Positions 1 through 12,088 are shown, counted from the first letter of the stretch. The stretch is 64,000 nucleotides of DNA from Nitrospirota bacterium (GCA_963733375.1 CAVTDB010000026.1:32001-96000), one strand, 5' to 3'. Numbers and translations: made by a program. The notes: generated by a model not told the origin, from the sequence alone.

Positions 1-152
1 CGAGGTCCCCGCCCACATTGCGCGTCAGGTCGGCCAGGTCCGTCAGCGTCGTTACGACCCGGATTTTGGCCGCGTACGCGGGCATCGCGCCCATGCATAG
101 AAACCCGGCCAGCAGCATGACCGGGATACAGACGGAACAATTTATAATTCAT
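1..152 (-). CDS. Metal ABC transporter substrate-binding protein (ZnuA/TroA family), 5' part; runs off window, one frameshift
   Basis: SD AGGAGA before ATG at 152; shifted frame reads signal peptide ...MPAYAA then KIRVVTTLTDLADLTRNVGGD, the typical start of Zn/Mn binding proteins. Confidence 0.75.
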   Translation of the reverse strand, partial: MNYKLFRLYPGHAAGRVSMHGRDARVRGQNPGRNDADGPGRPDAQCGRGP

Positions 153-174
153 ATTGGATTTCTCCTTTTCCTTT

Positions 175-1678
175 TTAGCGTTGCTGCCAGCCGTGAGAGT
201 GCGAGCCGATTATCCATGCCCACTGAAGATAGACGGCATGGTCGGGGCGCAGGCCGGACTCGGCGTTGTGGTCGGTGTACGTGTACTGAAGGCGCAGCTG
301 GTTCCAATGGCTTGTGGCCCAGGTGATATACGGGGAGTACGCGGAGGTCTTATCGTGCTTGTCCACCATGTTCTCCACCCACTCGTACAGGAACCCCGCC
401 GACCACTGCCGGTGCCATTTATACGTGGCATACGAGTACAGGCCCGTGGAGCCGACATTCTTTGTCGATAGAACCGGGCCGCCTGAAGGGCCTACGTCGT
501 ATCGGTTGTCGCTGTAAAGCACCTCGGTGCCCCAGACGAGGCTCTGGAACTGGTTGTTCCGGAGCGGCTTATAGTTGACTGTCAAATCCGCGCCATACAG
601 GCGCCGCTCACGTTCGGTAAACGTGTTGCCGCCTGCCGTGGGAAACGGCGGGTTGACGCCGCCCGGCGAGGCCCATTGTCCGTTCGTCTCCGGGTTCCAC
701 AGGGCTGAGATTCCGGGTTCAAACGAAATATCGGGTGTGACATCGAAATCGGAAGACAGGCGTCCGAAATAGTTCCAGCCGTCCAGGTGCCGGAACTCGC
801 CGACATCGTTCGGCGGGTTGTCGCCTCCGAACTGGTTGCCGGCTCCCACCGTCAGGCTGACATAGTGCTCAAGCGGCAACAGCCAGTTGATCTGCGCCCC
901 GTCCGTCCTCGATTCGCCCCCGATATACTCGGCGAGTACGAGCGGACGGTTGACGAATGGCAGTTCGTGGTCGTGGATATATCCCAGTCGCCCGAACTCG
1001 CCGAAGAACCGGCCAGCCTTCAGCGTCAGGTTGTATGGAAGCGTTTCCGTCTGAAGCGCCGCCTCTTCGATGCCAAAAGTCGATTCGCCGGTGGCGGCGT
1101 CGGCGGTGGCGTTGGCCACCACATAGGCGCTCGCGAACGGGTCAACAGACCCGGCCACGTTCAGTTCCACCGAACGCTGGAACGCGTCCCATCCGCCGGG
1201 CCGGTCGCTGCCCGTCTGCGAGGAAGGCCTGTTGCGATAGGAGAAGACTGTCTCGCCCACCAGCCCGATGGACGGGTTGAACTCGCTCGGCAGGACCTTC
1301 CTCTGCGCCTCGGCTATCTCGTCCACCTTGTCGCTCAAGCTCCTTCACCTGCCTCCTTTATCCCGCCCGCCTCCGGCGCATTTGCCTCCGGGGCCTCCGC
1401 CGCCGGAGGAGACTCAGGCGAGCCGCTACGGGCGCTTCGGTCGCCGGCGTGGACATGAGAGTATTCGCTACCGGTATCGCCGCGGGCGCGGCCTTGATTG
1501 CGGACAGCTCTTCCTTAAGTTCGTTAATGACTTTCTGCTGCTCCTGTATCTGTTCCTGCTGCCCTTTTAAAGTATCCTCCATTGTCTTCAGCCTTGAGTC
1601 AATATCGTCCGCATACGCGAGACTGCTGAAAGCGAATGAGAAAATAAAAAGAGCAAGCAGGGTTGTCCTTAGCCTCAT
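175..1678 (-). CDS. Outer-membrane beta-barrel protein of metal (Zn)-uptake loci; frameshifted near 1340-1390
   Basis: ORFs 1358-1714 (signal peptide + coiled coil, ATG 1678 with SD AGGAGG) and 175-1338 (ELNVAGSVDPF, LKAGRFFGEFG, HDHELPFVNRP, C-terminal IIGSHSH); directly upstream of the binding protein gene. Confidence 0.7.
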
Positions 1679-1751
1679 AAGTCCTCCTTTATAAAGGAAA
1701 TAAGGTAAGTTCAAACCTGAATTATGATTTTCGGGAATACTTGGACGGAGG

Positions 1752-2018
1752 TTAAGCTGGAGGCGGTCTTATCTCTGACGGGGTTATCTGCCGGACGGGA
1801 AAATTGAAGTTGGATTGAAGGATTACATACTCAGTTGCGGCAAACTCTGGCGCAAAGTCTATATTTCATAAAGGCTATGTCTGGTGATTTTAATGGTGCA
1901 GGACTATGCATTTGGGGCAGTCGTCATGGTCGCATCCGTCGTCATGGAAGTGGCCGACCGCGACCAAAGTGGAAACGAAGAATATAACGGCTAATAGTAA
2001 AAAAACCCGTTTTCGCAT
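1752..2018 (-). CDS. Small DUF2946/CruR-like leader peptide (hydrophobic N-terminus, HFHDDGCDHDDCPKC, C-terminal RPPPA); needs two compensating indels to be continuous
   Basis: Manual translation; ATG 2018 and terminal TAA 1754-1752 are in the same frame; three internal stops confined to a ~30 nt stretch. Confidence 0.55.
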
Positions 2019-2462
2019 TTAGAAACTCTGCCACAATATAGTTTAAATGTCAAAATAAAATCTTTCGGTCGGAGCGTTGGGCCCCTCGGATAGACGTCTT
2101 GGGAAGCTAAGAAATGCCTTTTCGCTGTCCATAGGGTCTAAACAAATGCAAACAGTCAAGCTTTGCCAGACAGGCAACATTGCTGCCAGCGTATTTTCCG
2201 AATCGTCACCCAGGCAGTTTTGGGCTGGCGGCGGAGTCAAGGGCTTTCCTTTTTTTTCCTAAAACGTAAAATCAATGAGTACAGGAGCCGTCAAAGCTCC
2301 CGTAACTGTGAATATTGATTTCAACGTCGTGCTTAATTTTTAGGCAAAACATCACAATAAATTTCCATCCCCCCCACAACCTATTTCCCTCCTCAGTTTT
2401 TGCAATAGATAAAAACTCCATTTAATAAGCGGGTTGCCAGTGTTAGTCGATTAGTTACTTTC

Positions 2463-2478
2463 TGGCATAAAAATTGTA
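2463..2478 (+). promoter_or_regulatory. Possible sigma54 -24/-12 element of nifA (imperfect)
   Basis: TGGCAT-AAAAA-TTGTA; correct spacing but GT instead of GC at -12. Confidence 0.4.
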
Positions 2479-2490
2479 TTTAACCTCATT

Positions 2491-4037
2491 ATGGTTAAAG
2501 AGAAAGACGAAAAAATCCTCGAACTCACAACCCTGTACGAGGTAGCGAGGCTCGCGTCGTCTTCGCTGGATCTTAACTCGACACTGGGCTCTATACTTCA
2601 TGCGCTGTCGGTATCGCTTGAGATGAAGCGGGGTACGCTTACCCTCCTCGACTCATCCACGGGCGTTCTGGAGGTCCGAGCCTCCTACGGCCTCAGCGCA
2701 AGCGAAATGAAGCGCGGGAGATACAAGATCGGGGAGGGGGTTACCGGGAAAGTGTTCGAGACGGGCCTCCCGTTCATAGCCCCGGACGTTAAAAAGGAGC
2801 CGCTATTTTTAAATAGGACTGGTTCGCGCGGAGATATAAAGAAGGAGAATATATCCTTCATCGGCGTGCCGGTAAAGGTCAGGAACAAAGTTATAGGCGT
2901 ACTTTCTGTCGACAGGCTCTTTCCGATGAAGGTGGATTATGAGGAAGACGTGAGACTTCTGAATATAGTCGCCTCCATTATCGGACAAGCGGTAATCCTG
3001 CACGACATGATAGAGGCCGACAAGAAGAAGCTTGTCCAGGAGAACGTCCAGCTCAAAAGGGAGCTTGGGAAAAAATACAGCCTGCCGAACATCATCGGGA
3101 CCACCGATACCATGCAGGAGGTTTTTCACTCGGTCGAGGTGGTAAGCAAGAGCCGGTCGACTGTGCTGATAAGAGGAGAAAGCGGCACGGGCAAGGAGCT
3201 GATCGCCAAAGCCATCCATTATATAAGCCCGAGGAGCAAGCGGCCGTTTATCAAGTTCAACTGTGCGGCCATTCCGGAAGGGCTTCTCGAATCCGAACTT
3301 TTCGGCCATGAGAAAGGGGCGTTCACGGGTGCGATCGCGGCAAAAAAGGGCCGCTTTGAGCTTGCCCAGGGCGGCACGATATTCCTGGACGAGATTGGCG
3401 ACCTGCCTCTTTCTCTCCAGCCTAAAATGCTTCGCGTCCTGCAGGAGCATGAGTTCGAACGGGTCGGCGGCGAGAATACCATCAAGGTGGATATCAGGGT
3501 AATCGCGGCGACAAGCCGGGACCTTGAAAAATCCCTGGAAAAAGGCCTGTTCCGCGAGGATCTATACTACAGGCTGAACGTGGTCCCCATATTCATCCCC
3601 CCGCTTAGGGACAGGCGGGAGGACATACCCGAGCTAGTCGATTACTTTGCCAAAAAGTACGGCGCGAGGGCGGAAAGGGACGTGCGCTTTACGGAGGAGG
3701 CGGTCATGGCCCTTACGCGCTATCCCTGGCCCGGCAACGTGAGGGAACTCGAAAACGTCATCGAGCGCACCGTAGTAATGACCGACAATAATGTCATAGA
3801 CGCGTCCAGTCTGAAGCTTTTACCCGTCCAGATAAAGCCCGTTAAATAAATCCAGGGAGCACGAAGCCCTGCCCCAGACGATCCAGGACGTGGAGCTGAA
3901 GGCCCTTAAGGAAGCCCTTGCCCGCACGGGCTGGCGTCAGGCGGCCGCGGCAAGGCTTTTGGGAATCACGCCCCGCCAGATCGGATACAAAATGCGCAAG
4001 TACGGCATTGCCTCTTCAGACAGCCAATCCGTTATAG
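2491..4037 (+). CDS. nifA: Nif-specific sigma54 enhancer-binding protein (GAF-AAA+-HTH); HTH split off by frameshift, 3' end uncertain
   Basis: GAF domain, [26 protein letters not shown]; [25 protein letters not shown] in ORF from 3890; adjacent to nifH. Confidence 0.88.
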
Positions 4038-4291
4038 AATCACCAAATAACGAATATCGTCAAGCTGGGTTCCTCCGATTGCCGTTTCCTCATCGCGAGC
4101 AAAAGCGCGTGTATATGAGTCGCTCGGCGGGCGGAGGGTCATCCCATTTGGCGATACTCGTCTTGCGACTCCACTTGTCCGACATTTTTGTATTAACCCC
4201 TACCGATTTGTTCCATATTTAATTTTTCATCGTAGAGCTGGAATTCCAACAAAGCCTTACCCATCAGGCATTCGCGCGATTTTATGCGTCC

Positions 4292-4307
4292 TGGCACGCA
4301 TGTTGCT
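4292..4307 (+). promoter_or_regulatory. sigma54 promoter of nifH operon
   Basis: TGGCAC-GCATG-TTGCT, full consensus, 45 nt before the nifH ATG. Confidence 0.88.
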
Positions 4308-4324
4308 CTATAAGTATGGCATAG

Positions 4325-5208
<884 letters not shown>

Positions 5209-5211
5209 TGA

Positions 5212-6668
5212 ATGAAATCTGTAAAGGATATGCAGGATATTCTCGACGATATACTGAAGGCCTATCCGGAGAAGACCCGCAAGAAAAGGGAAGGCCACCT
5301 GGCCGTGAAATGCGCCGAGACCGCCGAAGGTGCGGAAGGTCTGAAGGCCAATCGACATGCAGCACCTGTGCCGTAAAGTCTAACGTGAAATCCATGCCGG
5401 GCGTAATGACCGGCAGGGGATGCGCGTACGCCGGCAGCAAGGGCGTCGTCTGGGGACCGGTGCGCGACATGGTTCATCTCTCCCACGGCCCCGTCGGATG
5501 CGGGTATTACTCGTGGAGCACAAGGCGTAACCTGGCCCAGGGAAAGCCGGGCGTCGATAACTTCGTGCCGTTCCAGTTCACGTCCGACTTCCAGGAAAAG
5601 GACATAGTTTACGGCGGAGCGCAGAAGCTGGAAGATATATGCCGGGAGATAAGGACGCTTTTTCCGGAGGCGAAGGGAATATCCATTCAGTCGGAATGCC
5701 CCATCGGCCTGATAGGCGACGACATAGAGGCGTCCGCCAAGAAGATGAAGGAGGAACTGGGCATCGACGTCGTGCCGGTGCGCTGCGAGGGTTTCAGGGG
5801 AGTCAGCCAGTCCCTGGGCCACCACATTGCGAACGACAGCATCCGGGACCACGTGCTGGGAAAAGGCAAGCTTAAAGACCCCGGCCCGTATGATGTCGCG
5901 ATAATCGGCGACTACAACATAGGCGGCGACGCCTGGGCCTCCAGGAAGATACTGGAAGAACTGGGGCTAAGGGTCGTGGCGATGTGGTCCGGCGACGGCC
6001 AGCTTGAGACCATGAAGCTCACGCACGCGGTGAAGCTGAACCTCATCCACTGCTACCGCTCCATGAACTATATCGCGCGCCACATGGAGGAGGAGTACGG
6101 CATACCCTGGCTTGAATACAACTTCTTCGGGCCCACCCGGATAGAGGCCTCGCTTCGGAGCATTGCTTCGCGCTTTGACGACAGGATAAAGGAAAACGCG
6201 GAGAAGATAATCGAAAAATACAAACCGGCGATGGACGCGGTGGTAAACAAGTACCGCCCGAGGCTGGACGGCAGGCGCGTGATGCTGTACGTCGGGGGCT
6301 TAAGGCCCAGACACGTGATAGGCGCTTACGAGGACCTGGGCATGAAGATAATCGGGACGGGGTATGAGTTCGGGCACGCGGACGATTACAAACGCACGCT
6401 CCCGCAGGTAGGCGAGGGCACGGTAATATACGACGACGTGACCCAGTTCGAGATGGACGAGCTGGTGAAACACATCCAGCCGGACTTGGTCGGCGCCGGG
6501 ATAAAGGAAAAATATGTCTTCCAGAAGATGGGCGTGCCTTTCAGGCAGATGCACTCGTGGGATTACTCCGGCCCGTACCACGGCTACGACGGTTTCCCCA
6601 TCTTCGCCCGCGACATGGACATGGCGATAAACTCGCCGACGTGGAATTTGGTAAAGAGCCCGTTTTAA
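5212..6668 (+). CDS. nifD: Nitrogenase MoFe protein alpha chain (frameshift near 5340)
   Basis: SD AGGAGG + ATG 5212; [36 protein letters not shown]. Confidence 0.96.
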
Positions 6669-6674
6669 ATCGGG

Positions 6675-6716
6675 ACAGTTTAAAAGTTTTTGGGCCGCCT
6701 TTTTCCAAAAAGGCGG
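6675..6716 (-). repeat. Twin-hairpin intergenic element, partial copy (hairpin A + linker), nifD-nifK
   Basis: Reverse complement CCGCCTTTTT-GG-AAAAAGGCGG-CCCAAAAACTTTTAAACTGT matches the left half of the other copies. Confidence 0.75.
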
Positions 6717-6734
6717 GACCTTAGGGGGCAATTA

Positions 6735-8145
6735 ATGAAAACAGAAGAATGGATCAATACAGTCGAATACAAGGAGCTTAACTTCGCCAGGAAGGCGCTC
6801 GTGGTAAATCCCGCCAAGGCATGCCAGCCCCTGGGCGCTTTCTTCTGCGCGTCGGGATTTGAGGGCACGCTGCCCGTACGAGCACGGCTCCCAGGGATGC
6901 GCGGCCTATTTCAGGAACAACCTCTCCCGGCACTACCGTGAGCCGTTTCCCGCGGTATCGGACTCCATGACGGAAGACGCGGCAGTCTTCGGCGGCAGGG
7001 CGAACATGCTAGAGGGCCTGAAGAACGCCTACGAGATATACAAGCCGAAGATGATCGCGATGTGCACGTCGTGCATGGCGGAGGTCATCGGCGACGACCT
7101 GAAGGCGTTCATATCCAATTCCAGGGACGCGGGCTCGATCCCCAAGGACTTCCCGGTAACGTACGCACACACGCCGAGCTTCATCGGCTCGCACCTGACG
7201 GGCTACGACAACATGCTGAACGGTATAATCGAGGGCATGTCCGAGGGCAGGTACAAAGATGGGGAGAGGAACGGAAAACTGAACATCATCCCCGGCTTCG
7301 ACCCGCATATCGAGAACATCCGCGAAATAAAACGCTACATGGCGTTGATGGGCGTGGACGCCACGGTGCTCGCGGACAACTCGGAGAGCTTCGATTCCCC
7401 GCTAACGGGCGAATATGAGATGTACAAAGGAAAGACCACGCTTGACGAGGCCGGCGACTGCGTGAACGCCGCCGCGACGGTATCCATGCAGGCATACGCC
7501 TCGGTAAAGACGCTCAAGACGTTAAAGACCGCATACGGCCAGCAAACGGAGGCTTTTAACTATCCGATGGGCATAGCCGCGTTCGACAAGTTCCTGATGA
7601 AGGTGTCGGAGATTACGGGGAAGCCGGTGCCGGAGGGCATAAAGTGGGAGCGCGGGATTGCGGTGGACGCCGCGACGGATGCGCACCAGTACTTGCATGG
7701 GAAGCGGTTCGCAATCTTCGGGGACCCGGACGTTATGCTCGGCCTTGCGGGCTTTATCATGGAGATGGGCGGCGAGCCGGCGCATATCGTGTGCACGAAC
7801 GGCACGAAGAAATGGGGCAATGAGATGCAGGCGCTTCTTGCATCCTCGCCGTACGGCGCGTCCGCGAAGGTCTATCCGGGCAAGGACCTCTGGCACATGC
7901 GCTCGCTCCTCATGACGGAGCCGGTGGATATGCTGATAGGCGACTCGCACGGCAAATACGCGGCCAGAGACGCGGGCATCCCGTTGGTCAGGATAGGCTT
8001 CCCGATAGTGGACAGGGTGAACCTGCACCGCTACGCGACGTTAGGCTACAAGGGCGCGGTCAACCTCATTACCTGGATCGCCAACGCCTTCATCGACGAG
8101 GTAGACCGTAACAGCGACGACGCGCATTTCGAACTGTTGAGATAA
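6735..8145 (+). CDS. nifK: Nitrogenase MoFe protein beta chain (frameshift near 6875)
   Basis: [43 protein letters not shown]-terminal FELLR. Confidence 0.96.
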
Positions 8146-8150
8146 GACCT

Positions 8151-8249
8151 GTTACCTTTTTGGGAAAAAGGTAACGCCAAAAACTTTGAAACTTGTTTTA
8201 ACTCTGGTTTTCTTTTGGTTACTTTTCTTTTTTCCAAAAGAAAAGTAAC
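8151..8249 (+). repeat. Twin-hairpin intergenic element, nifK-nifEN
   Basis: GTTACCTTTTT-GGG-AAAAAGGTAAC-GCCAAAAACTTT...TTTTCTTTTG-GTTACTTTTCTTTT-TTCC-AAAAGAAAAGTAAC. Confidence 0.9.
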
Positions 8250-8259
8250 AAAGGTTCCA

Positions 8260-10831
8260 ATGCCTACACAGGTTGATAAATATTTCGAGCATTCCTGCCG
8301 GCCTGATTCGGCGGCGGGGGTATGCAGGGGCAGGGGCGGCGAGTCCTGCGCGTTCGACGGGGCGATGATAGTGCTCCAGTGCATCGCGGACGCCGCGCAC
8401 CTCGTGCATGGGCCGATCGCCTGCCTCGGAAACTCCTGGGAGTCCCGCGGGACCGTCTCGGACAAGGGAATCCTGCACAAGAGGGCATATACCACGGACT
8501 TAACCGAGATGGACATCATCTACGGCGCGGAGGAAAAACTGTTCCGCGCAATCGCCGAGACACGCAAGGATTCCAACGCTTCGTCCATATTCGTTTACTC
8601 GACATGCGTGACAGGGCTGATCGGCGAAGACATGGATGCGGTATGCAGGCGGGCTTCGAGCGCGCTTGGCATAAATGTAATACCGGTGCACTCGCCCGGC
8701 TTCCTCGGGCCGAAGAACCTGGGGAACAGGATAGCGGGCGACGTCCTCCTGGAGCACGTTATCGGGACGGCGGAGCCTGAAACGACTACGCTTACCGATA
8801 TAAACCTGATAGGCGAATACAACATCGCGGGCGACCTTTACCTGGTGGAGCCGGTACTTAAGAAGGCGGGTTTCAACGTGCTTTCCCATATGACCGGGAA
8901 CGCGACCTTCGAGGAAATAACGCGGGCGCACAGGGCGAAACTGAATGTAGTCGTCTGCGGGCGGGCGCTTATAAATGTCGCGAGGGAGATGGAGCGCAGG
9001 TACGGTATACCGTACGTCGAGGTATCGTTCTTCGGGAAGGCGGAGTTCTCTAAGGCGCTAAGGGCCATTGCGGCGGCCCTCGAAAAGCAGGGCGCGGAAG
9101 TGGTGGACCGCACCGAAGTCCTGATCGAAATAAAGGAGCGAAAACTTGCCGAGAGGCTGAAAAGTTTCGAATCCCTCAGGGGCAAGAAGGCTGTGCTTTA
9201 TTCCGGGGGCGTGAAGAGCTGGTCGCTCATCTCCGCGCTCATGGATTTAGGCATTACAGTCGCGGCCGTCGGGACGAAGAAGAGCACCGCCGAAGACGAG
9301 GAGAAGATGCGGGCGATTATGGGCCCGGACGCGCCGCTTTACGAGAACATGACGCCCGCCAACATACTTAAGCTGATGAGGCAGAGCCATGCGGACATAC
9401 TTGATTGCGGGCGGACGAAACCTATACCTTGGCATAAAGGAAGGTTTCCCGTTCGTGGACGTGAACCAGGAACGGCACTCCGCGTATGCCGGATACGACG
9501 GCCTCGTCAATTTAGCGCGCGACATAACATCCTCGATAGATTTTTATGCGGGCCGGGCGGCGTCGTCGAAGCGTGTCCCATTAATCGAGAAGGCGTCTTA
9601 CGCGGCATCCGTCAACCCCTTGAAACATTCGCCCTCGATTGGGGCGGCGATGGCATTGCAGGGAGTGGACGGGGCGCTCGCGGTGATGCACGGTGCCCAG
9701 GGCTGCAATTTCCTGGGGAAGGTGCTCCTGACGAAACACTTCAGGGAACCCATAGCGATGGCCAGCACGAAGCTCTTTTCGGAAGACGTCGTAATGGGGA
9801 GCGAGGAAAGGCTTATCGAGGTGGTGGAGGAAGCGGCCCGGAAAAGCAGCCCGGATTTAATCGGCATAATTACCGCCGGGCTTGCGGAGGTGAAGGGCGA
9901 GGACACGAAGATGGCGGTCAATAAGATCGATGCGCCGGGGACCGCGCTCATGCACGTTTCCGCCCCGGATTACAAGGGCGGCCTTCAGGAGGGCTATGCA
10001 TCCGCGGTGGAGGCGATGGTAACGCTCGCGGAGCCGGGCTATAAGGTAATGGGACGGGTGAATGTGCTGGCGAACGGGTCTTTGACGCCGGCGGATTTTA
10101 ACTTGATACGGGAAGTTATGGAAAGCTTTGGACTTGAGCCGATAATGCTGCCGGACCTGTCCGCGCTCGATGGGAGCCGGGAAGGTTTTTCCCCGCTGGC
10201 AAAGGGCGGCGTCCAGGTTTCAAAGATACGCCAGGCCGGCACCGCTTCTTTCACTATCGCAATCGGGGGGAGCCTGCTTAAGGCGGCAAGGACGCTGCGC
10301 AAGACGTGCGGCGTCCCGTATATCATGTTCGATTCCATTACCGGCCTTGCGGCATGCGACCGTTTCTTCAGGAAGCTCTCGGAGATAGCGGGGCGTCCCG
10401 CGCACGAGAGATACCTGAGGGAACGCAGGATATTGGTTGACGGGATGAGGGACGCGGCATTTTTTTTCGGCGGGAAGAAAATCGCCCTCGCCCAGGAGTC
10501 CGACGCCGCCGTCGGCCTTTCGGCATTAATCGGCGAAATGGGCGGCGATACTGAACTTGCCGTAGTGCCTGTCGAGACGCAGTCCAGCGCGAAGATAAAC
10601 GCGCGGAAGGTGGTCGTTGGGGATTTCGGCTCGGTCGACGGGGAATTCGACATGCTCATTGCCAATTCGCACGGGGCAATGACCGCAAAGGCCCTGGACG
10701 CCTCGCACCTTCAGTGGGGCTTTCCGGTCTTCGAGCGGCTGGGGCATACTACGGCGCTGTCCGCGGGATATAAGGGGACGCTGGACATGGTCAATATGAT
10801 AGGAAACGCATTGATGGAGGAAAGGGCATGA
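8260..10831 (+). CDS. nifEN: Fused FeMo-co scaffold NifE-NifN (one frameshift near 9400)
   Basis: NifE motifs CAFDGA, HGPIAC, YSGGVKSWS; ORF 9389-10831 holds the NifE C-terminus (DVNQERH..YAGYDG) running without stop into NifN (VNPLKHSPSIGA, HGAQGC, HFREPI). Confidence 0.9.
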
Positions 10832-11217
10832 AGGTCGCATTCGCAACCACTGACGGAATCCGCGTGGACGAACATTTCGGGCGCGCGGCGAAGTTCCTCA
10901 TATATGAGTTTACGGGGGAGGGTTACAAGAAGATTGAAGAGAGGGTATTTTCGGGCGAGGCAAGAGACGCCGCAGTAGAGAACACCAAAGGCATGGGAGC
11001 GGAGCACGACGCGGCGGTCGAGGCGAAGGTGGAGAAGATCTCGGACTGCAAAATAGTGTATATGACAAATATCGGCGGGCCTTCCGCCGCAAGGCTCGGC
11101 AGGAAAGGCATCCTGCCCGTGAAGGTGAAGGAAGGGACGGGCATACTGGACTCGGCGGAGGCGCTGATGCAGACGATAAAAAATTCGCCCCCGCCCTGGA
11201 TGAGAAAGTTACTTTAA
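10828..11217 (+). CDS. nifX: FeMo-co biosynthesis carrier NifX
   Basis: MKVAFATTD..VDEHFG, IGGPSAA, PPPWMRK; overlaps the nifEN stop (ATGA). Confidence 0.9.
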   Translation: MKVAFATTDGIRVDEHFGRAAKFLIYEFTGEGYKKIEERVFSGEARDAAVENTKGMGAEHDAAVEAKVEKISDCKIVYMTNIGGPSAARLGRKGILPVKVKEGTGILDSAEALMQTIKNSPPPWMRKLL

Positions 11218-11221
11218 AGTC

Positions 11222-11321
11222 GTTACTTTTCTTTCGGGTGAAGAAAAGTAACACAAAAGAAAGCCGGACAGTTAAAACAGTTTAAAAGTTTTTGGGGGCG
11301 ACCTTTTTCCAAAAAGGGCGC
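11222..11321 (-). repeat. Twin-hairpin intergenic element (reverse orientation), nifX-nifI1
   Basis: Reverse complement: CGCCCTTTTT-GG-AAAAAGGTCGC-CCCCAAAAACTTTT...CTTTCTTTTGT-GTTACTTTTCTT-CACCCG-AAAGAAAAGTAAC. Confidence 0.9.
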
Positions 11322-11344
11322 GACGTTAATCAGGAGGTCTTTAG

Positions 11345-11659
11345 ATGAAGATGATAAGGGCGATAGTCAGGCCGGAGAAGGAAGATGACGTGGTGCTGGC
11401 GCTCGAGGGCGCGGGCTTTCCCGCGATGACCAAGGCGCACGTGTTCGGGCGCGGCAAGCAGAAGGGGCTGCAGGTGGGGCCGGTGCATTACGACCTGCTC
11501 CCGAAAGTCCTGCTGCTGCTGGTGGTCCATGACGAAGAGGTCCAGAAGGTGATGTCCGTAATAACGGACAACTCGAAGACGGGCTTCATCGGCGACGGCA
11601 AGATATTCGTCTCCGAAGTGGAAGACGCCTATACCATCAGGACCGGGGAGGGCTTATGA
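11345..11659 (+). CDS. nifI1: PII-family nitrogenase regulator NifI1
   Basis: MKMIRAIVRPEK, GRGKQKG, short T-loop YDLLPK, GDGKIFV, YTIRTG. Confidence 0.8.
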   Translation: MKMIRAIVRPEKEDDVVLALEGAGFPAMTKAHVFGRGKQKGLQVGPVHYDLLPKVLLLLVVHDEEVQKVMSVITDNSKTGFIGDGKIFVSEVEDAYTIRTGEGL

Positions 11660-12078
11660 AAGAGGTAATGGCCATAATCCGTCAGTCCAAGGTAAAGGAG
11701 ACGCTTTCGGCCCTTGTCGATATAGGCGTAACTTCCGTTACAATACACAGCCTGAACGGGCGGGGCAAACAGGGCGGCAACATAATGGAGTCGGTCGATC
11801 CGGAGATGAAGACGGACGTGGAATGCGTCTCGAAGATATATAAGTTCCCGACGCCGTCATCGATGGCCGGGGACTCAAAGCTCACCAAGCCCGTCTTCTG
11901 GGTGCCGAAGAGCCTCCTGAACCTGGTGGTATCGGAGGTGCCGGTGGAAAAGGTGGTGGAGACGCTGACCTCGGTCAACCGCACCGGCAGGTGCGGCGAC
12001 GGAAAGATTTTCATACTGCCTGTGACGGACGCTGTACGCATCCGCACCGGCGAAACAAGCGACGCGGCCATCATATGA
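11656..12078 (+). CDS. nifI2: PII-family nitrogenase regulator NifI2
   Basis: MKEVMAIIR, GRGK, extended T-loop, NRTGRCGDGKIFILPV..AVRIRTGE; coupled to nifI1. Confidence 0.78.
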   Translation: MKEVMAIIRQSKVKETLSALVDIGVTSVTIHSLNGRGKQGGNIMESVDPEMKTDVECVSKIYKFPTPSSMAGDSKLTKPVFWVPKSLLNLVVSEVPVEKVVETLTSVNRTGRCGDGKIFILPVTDAVRIRTGETSDAAII

Positions 12079-12088
12079 GGAGGGCGAC

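Noticed and set aside
2219-2240. Weak similarity to the tRNA-Leu 3' end (possible att site making nif a tRNA-anchored island)
   Set aside because: Needs three gaps and two mismatches in ~25 nt; no integrase; nif genes have host-like GC and share the host's intergenic repeat.
2043-2460. Riboswitch or Zur/Fur box in the divergent metal-operon/nifA spacer, and the short ORFs there
   Set aside because: No recognisable consensus by eye; ORFs lack SD and motifs. An Rfam scan would be needed.
8151-8249. Twin-hairpin elements as Rho-independent terminators
   Set aside because: A/T-rich stems, no U tract directly 3' of either hairpin in either orientation, and they lie between genes expected to be co-transcribed.
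8215-8259. ORF-track N-terminal extensions MVTFLFSKRKVT (nifE) and [12 protein letters not shown] (rpmG, 43946)
   Set aside because: They are translations of hairpin B of the repeat; real starts are 8260 and 43997.
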